A stretch of 64,000 nt of DNA from Blasia pusilla (taxonomy: Eukaryota): NCBI GenBank assembly GCA_050084515.1, contig CM114271.1, forward strand, positions 47,864,001 through 47,928,000, written 5' to 3'. The notes under the pieces were generated by a model. The model was given only the letters and a program-made list of their open reading frames with translations. It was not told the origin of the DNA and did no database searches. Positions 1 through 10,913 of the stretch are shown here, in pieces. Numbering within the stretch: position 1 is the stretch's first letter; each line of letters begins with the position of its first letter. Made by a program: the position numbers and the translations under genes.

Positions 1-816
1 TCCGGCCGCATTTACCTCAGCGTCTTCGTCCACACTCGAGTCCGAAAACCTATCTTCCCTTTCCAACGGATCGGATGGCGAAGAGTTTAAGACATGGTTC
101 GAATCAGAACATTGCACAGAAATTGGAGGAGAATTCGATTCCAGGAATTTATCAGCATTGGGCTCAGCGCCCTGTGCCACGGGATTCATGGCACTTATAG
201 TCACGAATGGCAGGGGCACTTCCCCTACCTCTGTGAAGAAGTAATCCTCCACATTAACCTCTGCTTTCTCAGAATCAAGCTCAAAACTCTGCACCATCGA
301 CAGTGGAACTGTGGTGTTGCGAGACGTGAAGGCATCAGCTCTCGCGGCCGAATTGAAGTGGCAGTCCGGCTCCATAACCCACTCGAGATGATCCGAATGG
401 GCTGGAGAAATCTTCTGTTTAGTATTCACTGTTTCAGATGCATCCCCTGCCTCATGCTCAACTTGGGGATTCAAAGTGTCCGCCAGAAACTCCCAGTTCT
501 CCGATTCGGATCTCTCTGTCTTGACGCATACGTTTTCAACCATCTCTTCAGGTTTCACAGAACCCGTGTGTGTGACTGTCTCTGATTCAAGTGAATCCGG
601 TCTCGGCCCCTCTTGTTCATTCCGTGAGTCATCGTCTGCTACCTTCTGTTCCACACGAGGGGCTTCATCATCGTCGTTGCTCTTGCGGAGACTCCGAGCG
701 ATGAAGTATGCAGTTGCTGCCAAGGCACCCATGTATTGAATCTGCCTCCATGGACTTCCTTGCCCTTTAAGACCTCCCACCGCAGCAAGTGCGGCTGCTC
801 CGATCCATCCCACCAT
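1..816 (-). CDS. Uncharacterised protein, N-terminal part (runs off the left edge); hydrophobic N-terminus then acidic low-complexity region
   Basis: ATG at 816; frame stays open to position 1 by my translation: MVGWIGAAALAAVGGLKGQGSPWRQIQYMGALAATAYFIARSLRKSNDDDEAPRVEQ...SDSSVDEDAEVNAAG. Absent from the ORF track because there is no stop in the window. No family recognised. Confidence 0.6.
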   Translation of the reverse strand, partial: MVGWIGAAALAAVGGLKGQGSPWRQIQYMGALAATAYFIARSLRKSNDDDEAPRVEQKVADDDSRNEQEGPRPDSLESETVTHTGSVKPEEMVENVCVKTERSESENWEFLADTLNPQVEHEAGDASETVNTKQKISPAHSDHLEWVMEPDCHFNSAARADAFTSRNTTVPLSMVQSFELDSEKAEVNVEDYFFTEVGEVPLPFVTISAMNPVAQGAEPNADKFLESNSPPISVQCSDSNHVLNSSPSDPLEREDRFSDSSVDEDAEVNAAG

Positions 817-2027
817 CTCGCGTTCTCGTTTGTGTTCTTGTCTGCATAACTTTCAAGCCAAACCCACCCTCAAAGCATGATCTCCATTGCAGATCCAAGC
901 CGCCTGATCCATATCAGCTCCCCGGTATTTTTTATCTCTCTCTCTCTCTCCTTGATCAGAAATAATTGCGGGAGAAAGTTCAACTAAGAAAACCCTCTCT
1001 CACAAGGTTGCTCGATCCTTCGTTCATTCGATGTGTCACTAACTCGCGCCAAATTAGACCCTCAAGCGTCGGCCCGTTTGTCAAATGTTGTGATCAATTC
1101 CACATCTAATTGATCACTCCTCCACAGCTTCTTTCCACGGTCTGTACATTCTGCCCCTTGTTCTTCCGATGCGTACAATTAAGGCGCTCTATCTATATGT
1201 ACGATTCCCTGTCAAACCCGAATCCACTATCGATTTCCCTGTCCGATTCTGCGCGCTCTCTGTCCTCGCGAATTACTCGAGCCACTTGCAGAAAAGTGCA
1301 GCGCGTCACCCCATTCCCGCGCTGTAGATCTTGGTGACTCGCGATCGCATCCCTAAGAACCCTGTCGCCACCTCACGATCCCCTCTCCGCTCATTTCGTA
1401 TCCGATTCTAGTGCCGACCGCTCACCTCCGGCTTCCACCGAATTCATCTGTTTCTTGGACGCACCGTCCCCTCCACCTCTAAAATACGTGCGGGACCGAT
1501 CACACAGAGTAGCGCGGCGACGAAGAGACAGCCTGCACGGGGAACCCATCGAACGTACAAAAGAGGAGGACACCGGTCCGGTGAAAGAGAAAAAAAAGGG
1601 GCGATGAACCCGGTGCAGCCAATTTAGGCACCGCGGCCTTCTCTTCTCTCCGGTGCGCTTGGGGTTTGACCGGAGAGTCCGCTGACTGCGGAAGATTCGT
1701 TCACGGGTCGATTCCACGGGGAGTGCTGTTTTTCACGGGAGTAGACTACTTGTGAAACAAACATGACATTATTGTCAAAATAATTTCTTTTTACTAGATG
1801 TGTAACATCATTAATTTCTTTTCTAGTGTTTTTTTTTCTTATTTTTATTATTATGAGAGTTTTTTTTTATTTGCAAATCCGTATCAATTTTCACGTGATG
1901 ATTGGTTAACAAAAAAATGTTTCACATGCTACGGGCAGCAAGAATTTTTTTTTGAATTTATGTGCAATATTATTTATCTCTTCTCTTCACGGGCTATACA
2001 CTAGCTCTTCAAACATTTTTTTTATTT

Positions 2028-2055
2028 CCCGTGCATCGCACGGGTACCTTACTAG
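2028..2055 (+). mobile_element. Helitron 3' terminus (GC-rich hairpin plus CTAG)
   Basis: CCCGTGC-ATC-GCACGGG hairpin (2028-2044), 7 nt, then CTAG|T (2052-2056): canonical Helitron 3' end. AT-rich repetitive sequence upstream; 5' end not located. Confidence 0.7.
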
Positions 2056-3502
2056 TAGTAAGAATGCCCGTACGAATTTAACAACGAAAAAAATTTTGCA
2101 ATGACTCCATCTTCTTACGAATCGAGTGATCCACGACTTTCGTCCGCTCTATATCTCTCGAGGCTATTGGCGTACAGCAGTTGTTCGGAGGCGGTAATCC
2201 GAGGTTTATGTTCCCTTACAAATCTTTCAACATTGGAGGCCATGGACCCAATGCACTCACTCAACAATCACACGTCATCGCTAGCTCCGTAGTCTCACTC
2301 TGTAGCATAACCTAAGAATCCATCCCTAGCTCCATGTTGGACTCTGGTTCAATTGCGACGCTCAATCAGTCACAATTACTTCTCACGATCCATAATTTTC
2401 ACAATCTAACATTTCCAATTTTTAAATCCAAATCAACACTCCGCGGTCGTTCTACCGATGTTGGTCGAGAGCTAAAATCAATGTAGATTTTTTTTTTATG
2501 GAAGACGCATTCTTTTACCAGGAAACGTGGAATGGGGACACTCTACCATTGATTAATGACCTTAACCCGAGAGTAGTTTCAAGGGGTTAAGAAGCTCGAC
2601 ATATGACACACGACAAAATATCTGGTCAGAACCTAGAAATCCAATGGAGAGGTCCATGTCATCCCTCTCCTCAATCACGACGTTGCCGATAAACAATTGT
2701 GACCATGCAACATTGCAAACGTTCAAATCCAGACCAAACTCCGCAATCTGTCTACGATAGAAAGATAGAAAGTAGTGGACCATCACAAAAATCCCGACTG
2801 ACAGACTCCCAAATTTAAACCCCCATTATCAATGCTTTATTTTTTAAACGTCCATGATTGAGATGGTCGCGATCCTTTCGCCGGGCAATCAGAAGCCCAA
2901 TATTCAAAAGCCAAATCGTTCCAATCCAACTCGTTACATTTAGTACAATAGTAAATCCCCGCTCGACATGAATGTGGTAGCTATGAACACGGGAAACCTC
3001 CAGAAACCAATACCTAGGTTTGCACCGCTCAGGGATTGCCAATAGTAGGCACTCTCTTGGCTGCACCGGGGCACTGGATAGTGCTATATTAGAGCCAAAG
3101 TTGTGAACTCAAATGGCATGCAATGATCAATGCAAACGATACTGCCCCAGATCGAGGATGCCAATTCTCAATGGTCTATTGGAGTTAGTGATGATGCAGG
3201 ATGAGTTGCTAAACAAAAAGTTCACCTCACAGAGAGAGGGTGCCATACATTAGTTGTGAGATTCCATGATCAAACCAGAGAACCAAATGAGTAGAATCGC
3301 ACATAAGTGTTGAAGAGCTTGAAGATTACTTTTCAGATATTACTCTCGTGCAAAACCATGACATCCAAGCAAGCATATTCTTCTAGATGGATTCTATGTA
3401 ACCAATTAGAAGTGCTCTGTCACTTTGAAGACGGCCTAATCTTGCATGACCTAAATAGTGGTGCAAAGCTAAAATGATTACAGGGAAAAAGCAGGAGTCT
3501 AA

Positions 3503-3630
3503 TCTCGTGTGCATACACATCGCTACACAACAGACATTGCTGTCAATGATCATACATACAAACACGCACGATCCCATGCTAATTCATGGCATCCAAACAA
3601 CGAGACAAGAAGTACCAGAATATCTCCAAT
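3503..3630 (-). repeat. Terminal repeat segment A2 of copy 1 (~128 bp)
   Basis: Similar to 4152-4278, 47266-47393 and (inverted) 57604-57714, 58235-58362; core cacgatcccatgctaa.tcatggcatccaaa.aacgagaca...aatatctccaat. Confidence 0.9.
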
Positions 3631-4149
3631 AAAATAAGATCCAATCTCTCTCAACACCATAGCTCTCAAATGTGTGCGCTCTCACATGTCTCTCTCAATG
3701 TCAAACCAAACCAAACCCACTCTCCTAATTAGAGGCTTGGGTTACACTCACAAGGCAAGGGACCATAGCTCTGCTGCCTCGTGCCAAGAGGTTCAACAAA
3801 GAGAGAATGAGCTCTCAAGCTCTCTTTCTCTTGAAGGTATATTTGCTTCCCTCTCCCAAGCTCTCTCCTCGATAACCTATGCTTGTAGGTCATCTCCTTG
3901 TCTCTTGACTTGCTATAGCGGGTCAAGGGCCACTTCCTAAAGTGGAAAGTCAACTATACTCCAAATGTAAACTTACCCGAAATAATAATTTTCTCTATAT
4001 GGCTCCAAATGAGCCGAAACAAAGGGGAAACCTGCTCTCTCAAGTTACATGTGCCCTCAACAGGTCATCCTTGACCTCTTGAAGTTGTCCTCCAATATCT
4101 TCGAAGGCGCTCTACTAAATCTCGCTGATATATCCTAAAATCCGTGACA
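3631..4149 (-). repeat. Terminal repeat segment B2 of copy 1 (~520 bp, LTR body)
   Basis: Direct repeat of 14551-15063 (aaaataagatccaatctctctcaacacc...cctaaaatccgtgaca). Confidence 0.92.
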
Positions 4150-4151
4150 GT

Positions 4152-4278
4152 TGTCGTACACATACACATCGCTACATAACATACATCGTTGTCAACGATC
4201 ATACACACATCATCCACGATCCCATGCTAACTCATGGCATCCAAATAACGAGACAATAAATACCAAAATATCTCCAAT
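4152..4278 (-). repeat. Terminal repeat segment A1 of copy 1
   Basis: Direct repeat of 3503-3630; separated from B2 by a 2-bp spacer (GT, 4150-4151); directly follows the PPT on the minus strand. Confidence 0.9.
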
Positions 4279-4288
4279 CACCCCCCTA
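4279..4288 (-). promoter_or_regulatory. Polypurine tract (plus-strand primer) of copy 1
   Basis: Minus strand TAGGGGGGTG immediately before A1; copy 2 has TAGGGGGGCG at 57594-57603. Confidence 0.75.
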
Positions 4289-4462
4289 GTTGGTGGTTAG
4301 GTGCCTCTAACTCTAGATAGCCATCTATCCCTACCTACCATGACATACATCTCTCGGACGTTAAGAGCAAAAAGGCCGAGTGCTCATATGGCCCCATCAT
4401 TAGTCGCCTTCTTGTCATCCATGTCACAGACACAAGTCAGAATCTAGAACTACCTACTCTAT

Positions 4463-4612
4463 GTACATCTGGGATACATCCATCATCCTTGAGGAACCCT
4501 AGTGAGAGGTGGCCTCAGACATGCCATATGCCACCCTCTCAAACACCCATCACAGACTAGCATAGTGGGTGCACCACGAGCGGAACCACACAACATACAT
4601 CGCAAGCCTGCA
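4463..4612 (-). pseudogene. PHD finger at the C-terminus of integrase, copy 1
   Basis: Translation AGLRCMLCGSARGAPTMLVCDGCLRGWHMACLRPPLTRVPQG*WMYPRCT: C4-H-C3 PHD pattern with W before the last pair (one Cys mutated to Tyr). Confidence 0.85.
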
Positions 4613-4629
4613 AGAAACTAGTGCTAAGC

Positions 4630-5830
4630 TGGGATTAACTATACCGTCAATGTCAGGAAGGTGACATGGCATAGAATTACGTACATGGTCCTTCCAAACT
4701 ATACCATCGCGTCCCTCCAATAAGAGAACACCAAATGGAAAAATCTCATGCATTCTCAAGATGGTGTGCCCTACAGTCACATCCAACATCGTGGGTCTGC
4801 TGCAAGTAGACATAGTCTCCTTGATGAAACCTCCATATAGTCGGTCAATAACTACGTCCCCGAATAGTCGCATACCTCAACGTATCCCGATGCTATGCAA
4901 TTGCCAAGTTCTTAAATGCCATGGGCATCACTCTCTGAAACAACTCAGCCTTAGAGAACATGCTCGCATCCATACATTAGGGTCATCAAGGTTCAACACC
5001 TCACCAACAAAAATGGCCGCAAGTAAATCTGGCTCTCGGCCATAAAGCAGCAAGTAGGGTGAGAAAGACGCTAAGGATGCGTGCTTGTTGAATCTATATT
5101 CCATCGCCAACCACGGAAAATGGAGGTCCCAATCTCCTAGGTGACCTCTCTGCAAGCCATACTTGCGTAATCGTCTCTTCACCGTCTGCACAACCCTCTC
5201 CGCTAGTCCGTCCGCCTCAAGATGATCTCGCAAAGTGATGCGGTGGTCGATCAACGCCTGATCACACAAGGCCTGAAAATCCCCGCGAAAATCCGTACCC
5301 TGGTTTGTCAACACCTCAACTAATGCGCCTTAATGACTCAGCACTTGATCTAGGAAGGCATACGCTACTCCCTCACTCGCTTTGTCAAGAAATGCAAGCA
5401 ACTCTATCCACTTCGAGAAGTGCTCGACCATCACCAACACATAACGACTATGGCGCTCTGTCAAAGGCAAAGGTCCTGCAAAATCCAAACTCCATCTATA
5501 ACCTGAACCCATGATCGGAAGTGGATGAAACTCTGGAGTTGGAGCATTGAACGATGCTTTGACTTGATCACACACCATGCACCTGGCAACAAACTGTTGA
5601 ACGTCAGTCTACATGCCTCGCCACCAATACTGTATCTAGAGCAAGCTGTACGTCTGCTTCAGTCCAAAATGACCCAACTCCTCGTGGGCATGATGCACCA
5701 AACGCGCTCTCTATGAAGGATAAGGCACTACACGTACTCTACTATCCTCCCAAATTCGCAACACATGTGCCTCCTCCCACCATAACCATTTGGCTCGCTG
5801 TAGGATCCAATCCCGCTCTCTAGCACCCAC
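4630..5830 (-). pseudogene. DDE integrase, frameshifted, copy 1
   Basis: ORF pieces ...CDQVKAS...LPIMG...WSLDFAGPLP...YVLVMVEHFSKWIEL..., LTNQGTDFRGDF...H.EADGLAERVVQTVKR...FSPYLLLYGREP: typical Gypsy integrase core. Confidence 0.9.
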
Positions 5831-5898
5831 TGTGCTTGCGACGTTGCCAGTACGCAGGTACTCAAAGACCACTCCATCGTCGTGAATGTCTCGGCCCC

Positions 5899-6700
5899 CT
5901 ATCGCCCCTCACCGGCCTCTAGATTGAAAGACTCTCCGTGAGACCTCGCCATCGAAGTTTCAATAATCTGGCTTTCCATAGCCAACAAGCCCAAATAGGC
6001 TGACGCGTGCCATCTTCGCACCAAATCCTCATCACTCTCACCAAGCCAACGAGTTCCAATCGCATCTCGCTCACTCAGGCATGGGTTACGGCTCAAACCA
6101 TCTTCATCTTGGTTGAGCATCCTAGGTCTATGCACCACTTGGAAGTCATACTCCTGCAACAAAAGAGCCCACCTCGCAAGCTTCCGTGTAAGCTTGTCGG
6201 ACTCCATCAACCACTTAAGTGGCTGATGATCACTAACGATGGTAAAGGGATTGCCGAATAAATAACACCTGAAATGTGCAATAGCCCACACCGTAGCCAA
6301 GCACTCACCCTCATACAAGCTATACTTTGCCTTTGCAGCGTTGTTCGAGCGACTAGCGTAAGCCACCACGAACTCTCTACCATCATTATCATGCTGGGTG
6401 AGCACCGCTCCAAGCCCCAGCACGCTCCAATCGGTATGAAACTGGAAAGGACACCCCTTGGTCGGTCTCCTCAATATGGGCGCGGATGTCAATCTATCCT
6501 TGAGTAGCTGAAATGCTCTCTCATGCTCATCCCCCGAGTGCCACTCCTAATCCACCTTGGTCAGCAAGGTTAGCGGCTTCACAATCGAACTGAAATCCTT
6601 GACGTACCGTCAATAGTAGTTCGCCAATCCCATGAATGCACAAACTCAACTCACATCTATAGGGCGTGGAAATATCTCCTCTAGATGTCACTCCTGCTCC
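5899..6700 (-). pseudogene. RT C-terminal remnant plus RNase H, copy 1
   Basis: TSAPIL...FQFHTDWSVLGLGAVLTQ...VVAYASR...YEGECLATVWAIAHFRCYLFGNPFTIVSDHQPLKWL...KLARWALLLQEYDFQVVHRP: Ty3-type RNase H. Confidence 0.92.
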
Positions 6701-7049
6701 TTGTCACTTGTGAGTAGCCGATAGGCTGAGATCTATCGTGGATAGGGCATAGGAGCCACTGGACTATCTTGAGTGTAACTTTGTCCCGCGGCGTTGGATG
6801 AGGTTGAGGATAGGTCCGTTGTGTCAGGAACGTTGTTTCTAACAACCTTCCTGTTGTGGTCTTTCATAGCCGGATGACTTGTTGAGCAAGTCACCCGTCC
6901 CTGGTAACATGTGCGCGCAGGTGGTGTGTCGATCTCCTCGGGTCTTGCCCCAAGCCACTGCCTCAACCCTCTCGGTAGGCATGGGACTCACCAATGCAAC
7001 AATTGTGATCTGTCGCATCCTCAAACGACGTTGTTGAGCTACTCCTAAG

Positions 7050-7995
7050 CTAAAAATCCATGTCAAGCAGTTCAGGTCCATCGCCTAACCCAAGATATGA
7101 TGTCGTGAATGCCTATGATAGTGATGGTATTGCCGTCACTCCTATGGGAAATCCATTGCTTGCTCTTGCTCATCAGCGTTGGGCTCCACCAGCCGTTGTA
7201 CTTGGTCATCCCAAACCAAGCCACGCCCGGCCTCCTTGAATGCATAGGAAGCCGGAAAGCTCATAAATGTGGGAAAGGCTGCCTATGGCATGCCAATCCT
7301 ATTGACCACAGTCAATGGCGATCGATCATTGTGCCTCACTGCTTGTGATCGATGGCGCGGATCCAACATGGAATCCACCAACAACTAGAAGGGGCACTCC
7401 ACTCGTGCATATGGCCTCCGCAACACCTCGTGTGGCATCAAGTTGGTCCACCAAAGACGCGGGCGGTGTGCTCTACAACCGACACTCTCCGCATCCAAAA
7501 ACACTACTGAGCCAAGCCAATCCATGCACGCACCTAATGTGCACTCGTGACCACCCGTGACCTCGAATCTCCCAAGATCGGTACATCCTACAGAATGTAT
7601 GATGTAGAACGGGAGTGATGCTCCTGCAAGTATTGCAAAATCCACATCCTCTCCCAAAATAACCTAGATCAAGTATTAGCTAACCCACTTCCTTGTCCAA
7701 CACTCGATTGGCCCTGACACGGCCAACCAGAAATGACCAAGTTGATGGTCCCTACCCGCTCCAAGTCCTGCGCCCCCAACAATGAAATATCCCTTGGTAG
7801 GGAACTCTGGTATCCCTCGATATTGGATGCAGACAACAAGTCAAGAAATGGAGGCGTAATTGCGCCACATGGTGAAGTGAAGCGCGCCGCGCAACATCAT
7901 CAACCTCCACATACAAGTATTGCTGCACGCGTACTCTTGCCTGCAAAACAACACCTAACCCAGTGTTGATCCCTCCAAAGAGATCCAATGCGCCA
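7050..7995 (-). pseudogene. DNMT3-type DNA cytosine-5 methyltransferase domain within pol, copy 1
   Basis: Motif I LDLFGGINTG, II YLYVEVD, IV INLVISGWPCQGQS, VI degraded YIL*DV, VIII GCRAHRPRLWWTNL, IX EPNADEQEQAM, X HILG*AMDLNCLTWIF, in canonical order. Confidence 0.88.
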
Positions 7996-8310
7996 CACAA
8001 TGGGTGTGGTATCCAAGGGCATCATCATAGCATTCTCAGCTACCTCGGGTTCCTCTGACCCATCACGCTCTGGTGCAAACGTCTCGCTCCATACCGTCTA
8101 CACATACACAACGCCTAAGCGTTGAAGCTCCTCAATCGAGCCCCAAAGCGGAACCTCTCCTCCAAGGACTAATGCGGCTACCATGACACTCCTCTCCATA
8201 GAAATGTCAGAAATGGAAGTGTCCTCTGCATGGACATGTTCCTCAATCAAATGACTAGGCCAATTGATGGCGCTGCTAAATGCTACTAAGGTCACCTTCT
8301 CTCTTGGCCA

Positions 8311-8770
8311 TCACTCGATCACTGCATCTGTAAATTGAACGGGTAATGAGCTAAGGCGTCCATCACTTGAATGCCATCTTGGTCTGTAGGATGCTGACTC
8401 CTCCAAGTAATCCAAGGAAAACCCCATCGGATACAACATTGCTCCACCAACCAAGATGTCGTAGGACTTTGGATCGATCACTATCGCCTTGGTTTGCACC
8501 ACGAACTCATCTGTAGGATGTCCTAGGCAAATCCTCACCATGACCTCCTGTCGGGTGATATACTGTGTGGTACTTGCTCCACCCAAGGATGTCTGTATCC
8601 AGAATGGACAACGCTCCACATCAGCTCTGGTAAAGCTCAGACCTCTAGATGCCGCTTTCCCCAACATTAGGGATTGCGCTCTTGAATCCAACAAGACGCG
8701 ATGCGGACTAAAAGCTCTACCTCCTAGACTCACCAACTAGAAGACCTCGCCCCGGTAATCCAGCAATACA
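8311..8770 (-). pseudogene. Retropepsin aspartic protease, copy 1
   Basis: RVLLDSRAQSLMLG (LDSGA in copy 3) ... SYDILVGGAML. Confidence 0.82.
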
Positions 8771-8899
8771 ATACTAGGAGAAGCCATGGCACGCTCTATC
8801 GCAGGTCTAGCGGGTATCTCCGCCATCCTAGCAGCCGTAGCTTGCCATGAATTTGACGTGGACAGCACGAGTATTGGCTCCAAGGGCAGGTCCATCACC

Positions 8900-10913
8900 T
8901 CCTATGCAATCACCTCTAAACGTGATGCAGGAACTCCATATCCATGCTCACATAACATAGCGGCCAGCCAAAAAACCTCGGCGGGCATACCTCCCAATGT
9001 CATAACATCGCAAATAGAAAATAAAGGAGCGCAGTACACAACGGTGGCCGCCCCCAACAACATCCTCGACACATGCTCCTCCTGAGCATCAGCAAAAGGA
9101 GTCATTGCACTTGCTTCTCCCATCGCCCTATGTGCCTGCACACCAACAACATCACCAACTCTCCGAGAACTCGGATCAAGACCCATCAATGGGGTCCTCA
9201 TTGCCTCAGATAACGTGAAAGACTGAGGAAGCCTCGTCTGTTTCCTGGCTTCCCCTCCCTGTGGATCCAACTCTACGGCTGCTCCACGCGTAACAACTGC
9301 AGCGGCCTCCATCTAGGCACCCCGCATATCCAACCAGGATCCTCCATATCTCTCGCTGCTCCATAAGACGTTGATGCCACCAATCTGGCATCGAGTAACC
9401 TCAATGCCATAGCGGCAATCTGATGTTGTATCTGAGCAGCCATCCCAGCCTCACACCCGGCATCTCAATCAACGCGTCTAGGTGGTGGGACTCTACCTTC
9501 TCCACGGGAAACTTTACCACCCCCGCGGGCAAATCCAACTCCTCGTCCCCCAACATGACCAACTGATGCACAACCTCAAGGCCCACCTGGACCGGCAACT
9601 TGCTCTGGTGCCCTCTCTGGCCCTCGGTCCAGACATAACTCAGGGTGCAAGCTGAAACACCTGGCACGTGTGTGATCATACCTCTGATAATAGTCACATT
9701 GAAAACCTCTTGGTGTAGCACCATCTCCTCCTCCATGCTGCGGCACGCATCCATGACCCTAACAAGTGCAATCGCATTGGTGATGGGCTCCACCATATGA
9801 CCAATAAGTAATCGTAGGCGGCTTCAACTGAGCCGCATATGAAGGCGCATGTCTCTGTGGCACGGCCTCCCGATATCCTCCTTGAGCTCGTGGTGCCACA
9901 GACCTATCTCGGAATCCACGTTGGTGCACTGATGGTGCAGACAATCATGACTGCTCTCGCCCAAAACCCATGGTGGCTATGGTCTCCTCCGCCATGTTGC
10001 GCTCAATGTTCTCGGCGGTCCTAAAAACATCTCTCAACAAAGGGAAGGTGTTCATAAGAAGCACCCCCTTTCGCACACGTGTCCGTAGGGTTTGGTCTAG
10101 CATCGTGTATCATGACTGGATAGCCTAAGCCTTAGTCGCCCCTTGAGTGATGTTAATCAACCGATGCAAGCGGGTGTAGGCCTCACGCAAACTCTCATCC
10201 AGGCGCCTCTAGAAGTTGTGGATGCTCCGCAACTTCTCAGTCTATCCCCCCTGATAGCTTGTCCTCAACTCCGTAAAGAACTCAACCATGGAGTTGAACC
10301 TAGGGTGAACTCGATTGGACGGTGCAACTGCTCCAGTTTGAGTTACCCCTCTTAAAACATCACTTGCGGAAGAGGAAGAGGCCTCTCTTGACTCCTCCTC
10401 CTCGTCGGGAAACGGCTCAGCCCATGACACATAGTAGGGTTGCCATGCCTCAATCTCCTCGGCATATATGTGGGAAAAATCATGGTAATCGTCCATGGGC
10501 ACCCCCTCCAAGTGTTGGAACATGCTATTCCATGTTGTAAACGGGTTGAACTCTCTAGAGTTCCTAACCTGTTGTGAGTCGCACCAACTACTAAACTCCG
10601 CAATGAAGTCATGTAACTCTATAGTGCCTACAACACCCAAAAACCTACGCGGTCCTCTACCCCAATCTTCCATCTTGTACGCCCAACTGGTACGACCACT
10701 CAATATGTGCGGTGGATCACTAACATCCTCCTCTACACTCTCCCCCTTATCTGAAGACAACACAAAAGGAGATCGAGGTGGTCTCTCACGTGGAGGCCCT
10801 CGAAACCTTGTACCACTCCGGGTAAACCCTGTAGAGCTACTCTCAGGTCTATCACCTCGCCTCTCAAAGTCCCAAAAGGACGTTGTGATGACCCTCGTGC
10901 CCCTCTCATGCAA
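8900..10913 (-). pseudogene. Gag with two zinc-knuckle-like motifs, copy 1
   Basis: PRRFLGVVGTIELHDFIAEFSSWCD...FQHLEG; degraded knuckle TYWSYGGAHHQCDC (TCWSCGGAHHQRDC in copy 2); lies 5' of the protease. Confidence 0.75.

Noticed and set aside
94-585. 163-aa plus-strand ORF
   Set aside because: Antisense shadow of the longer minus-strand frame 816-1
7050-7995. Host DRM/CMT/DNMT3 gene or processed pseudogene
   Set aside because: Same position inside pol in three copies; no UBA, chromo or BAH domains; motif order not permuted
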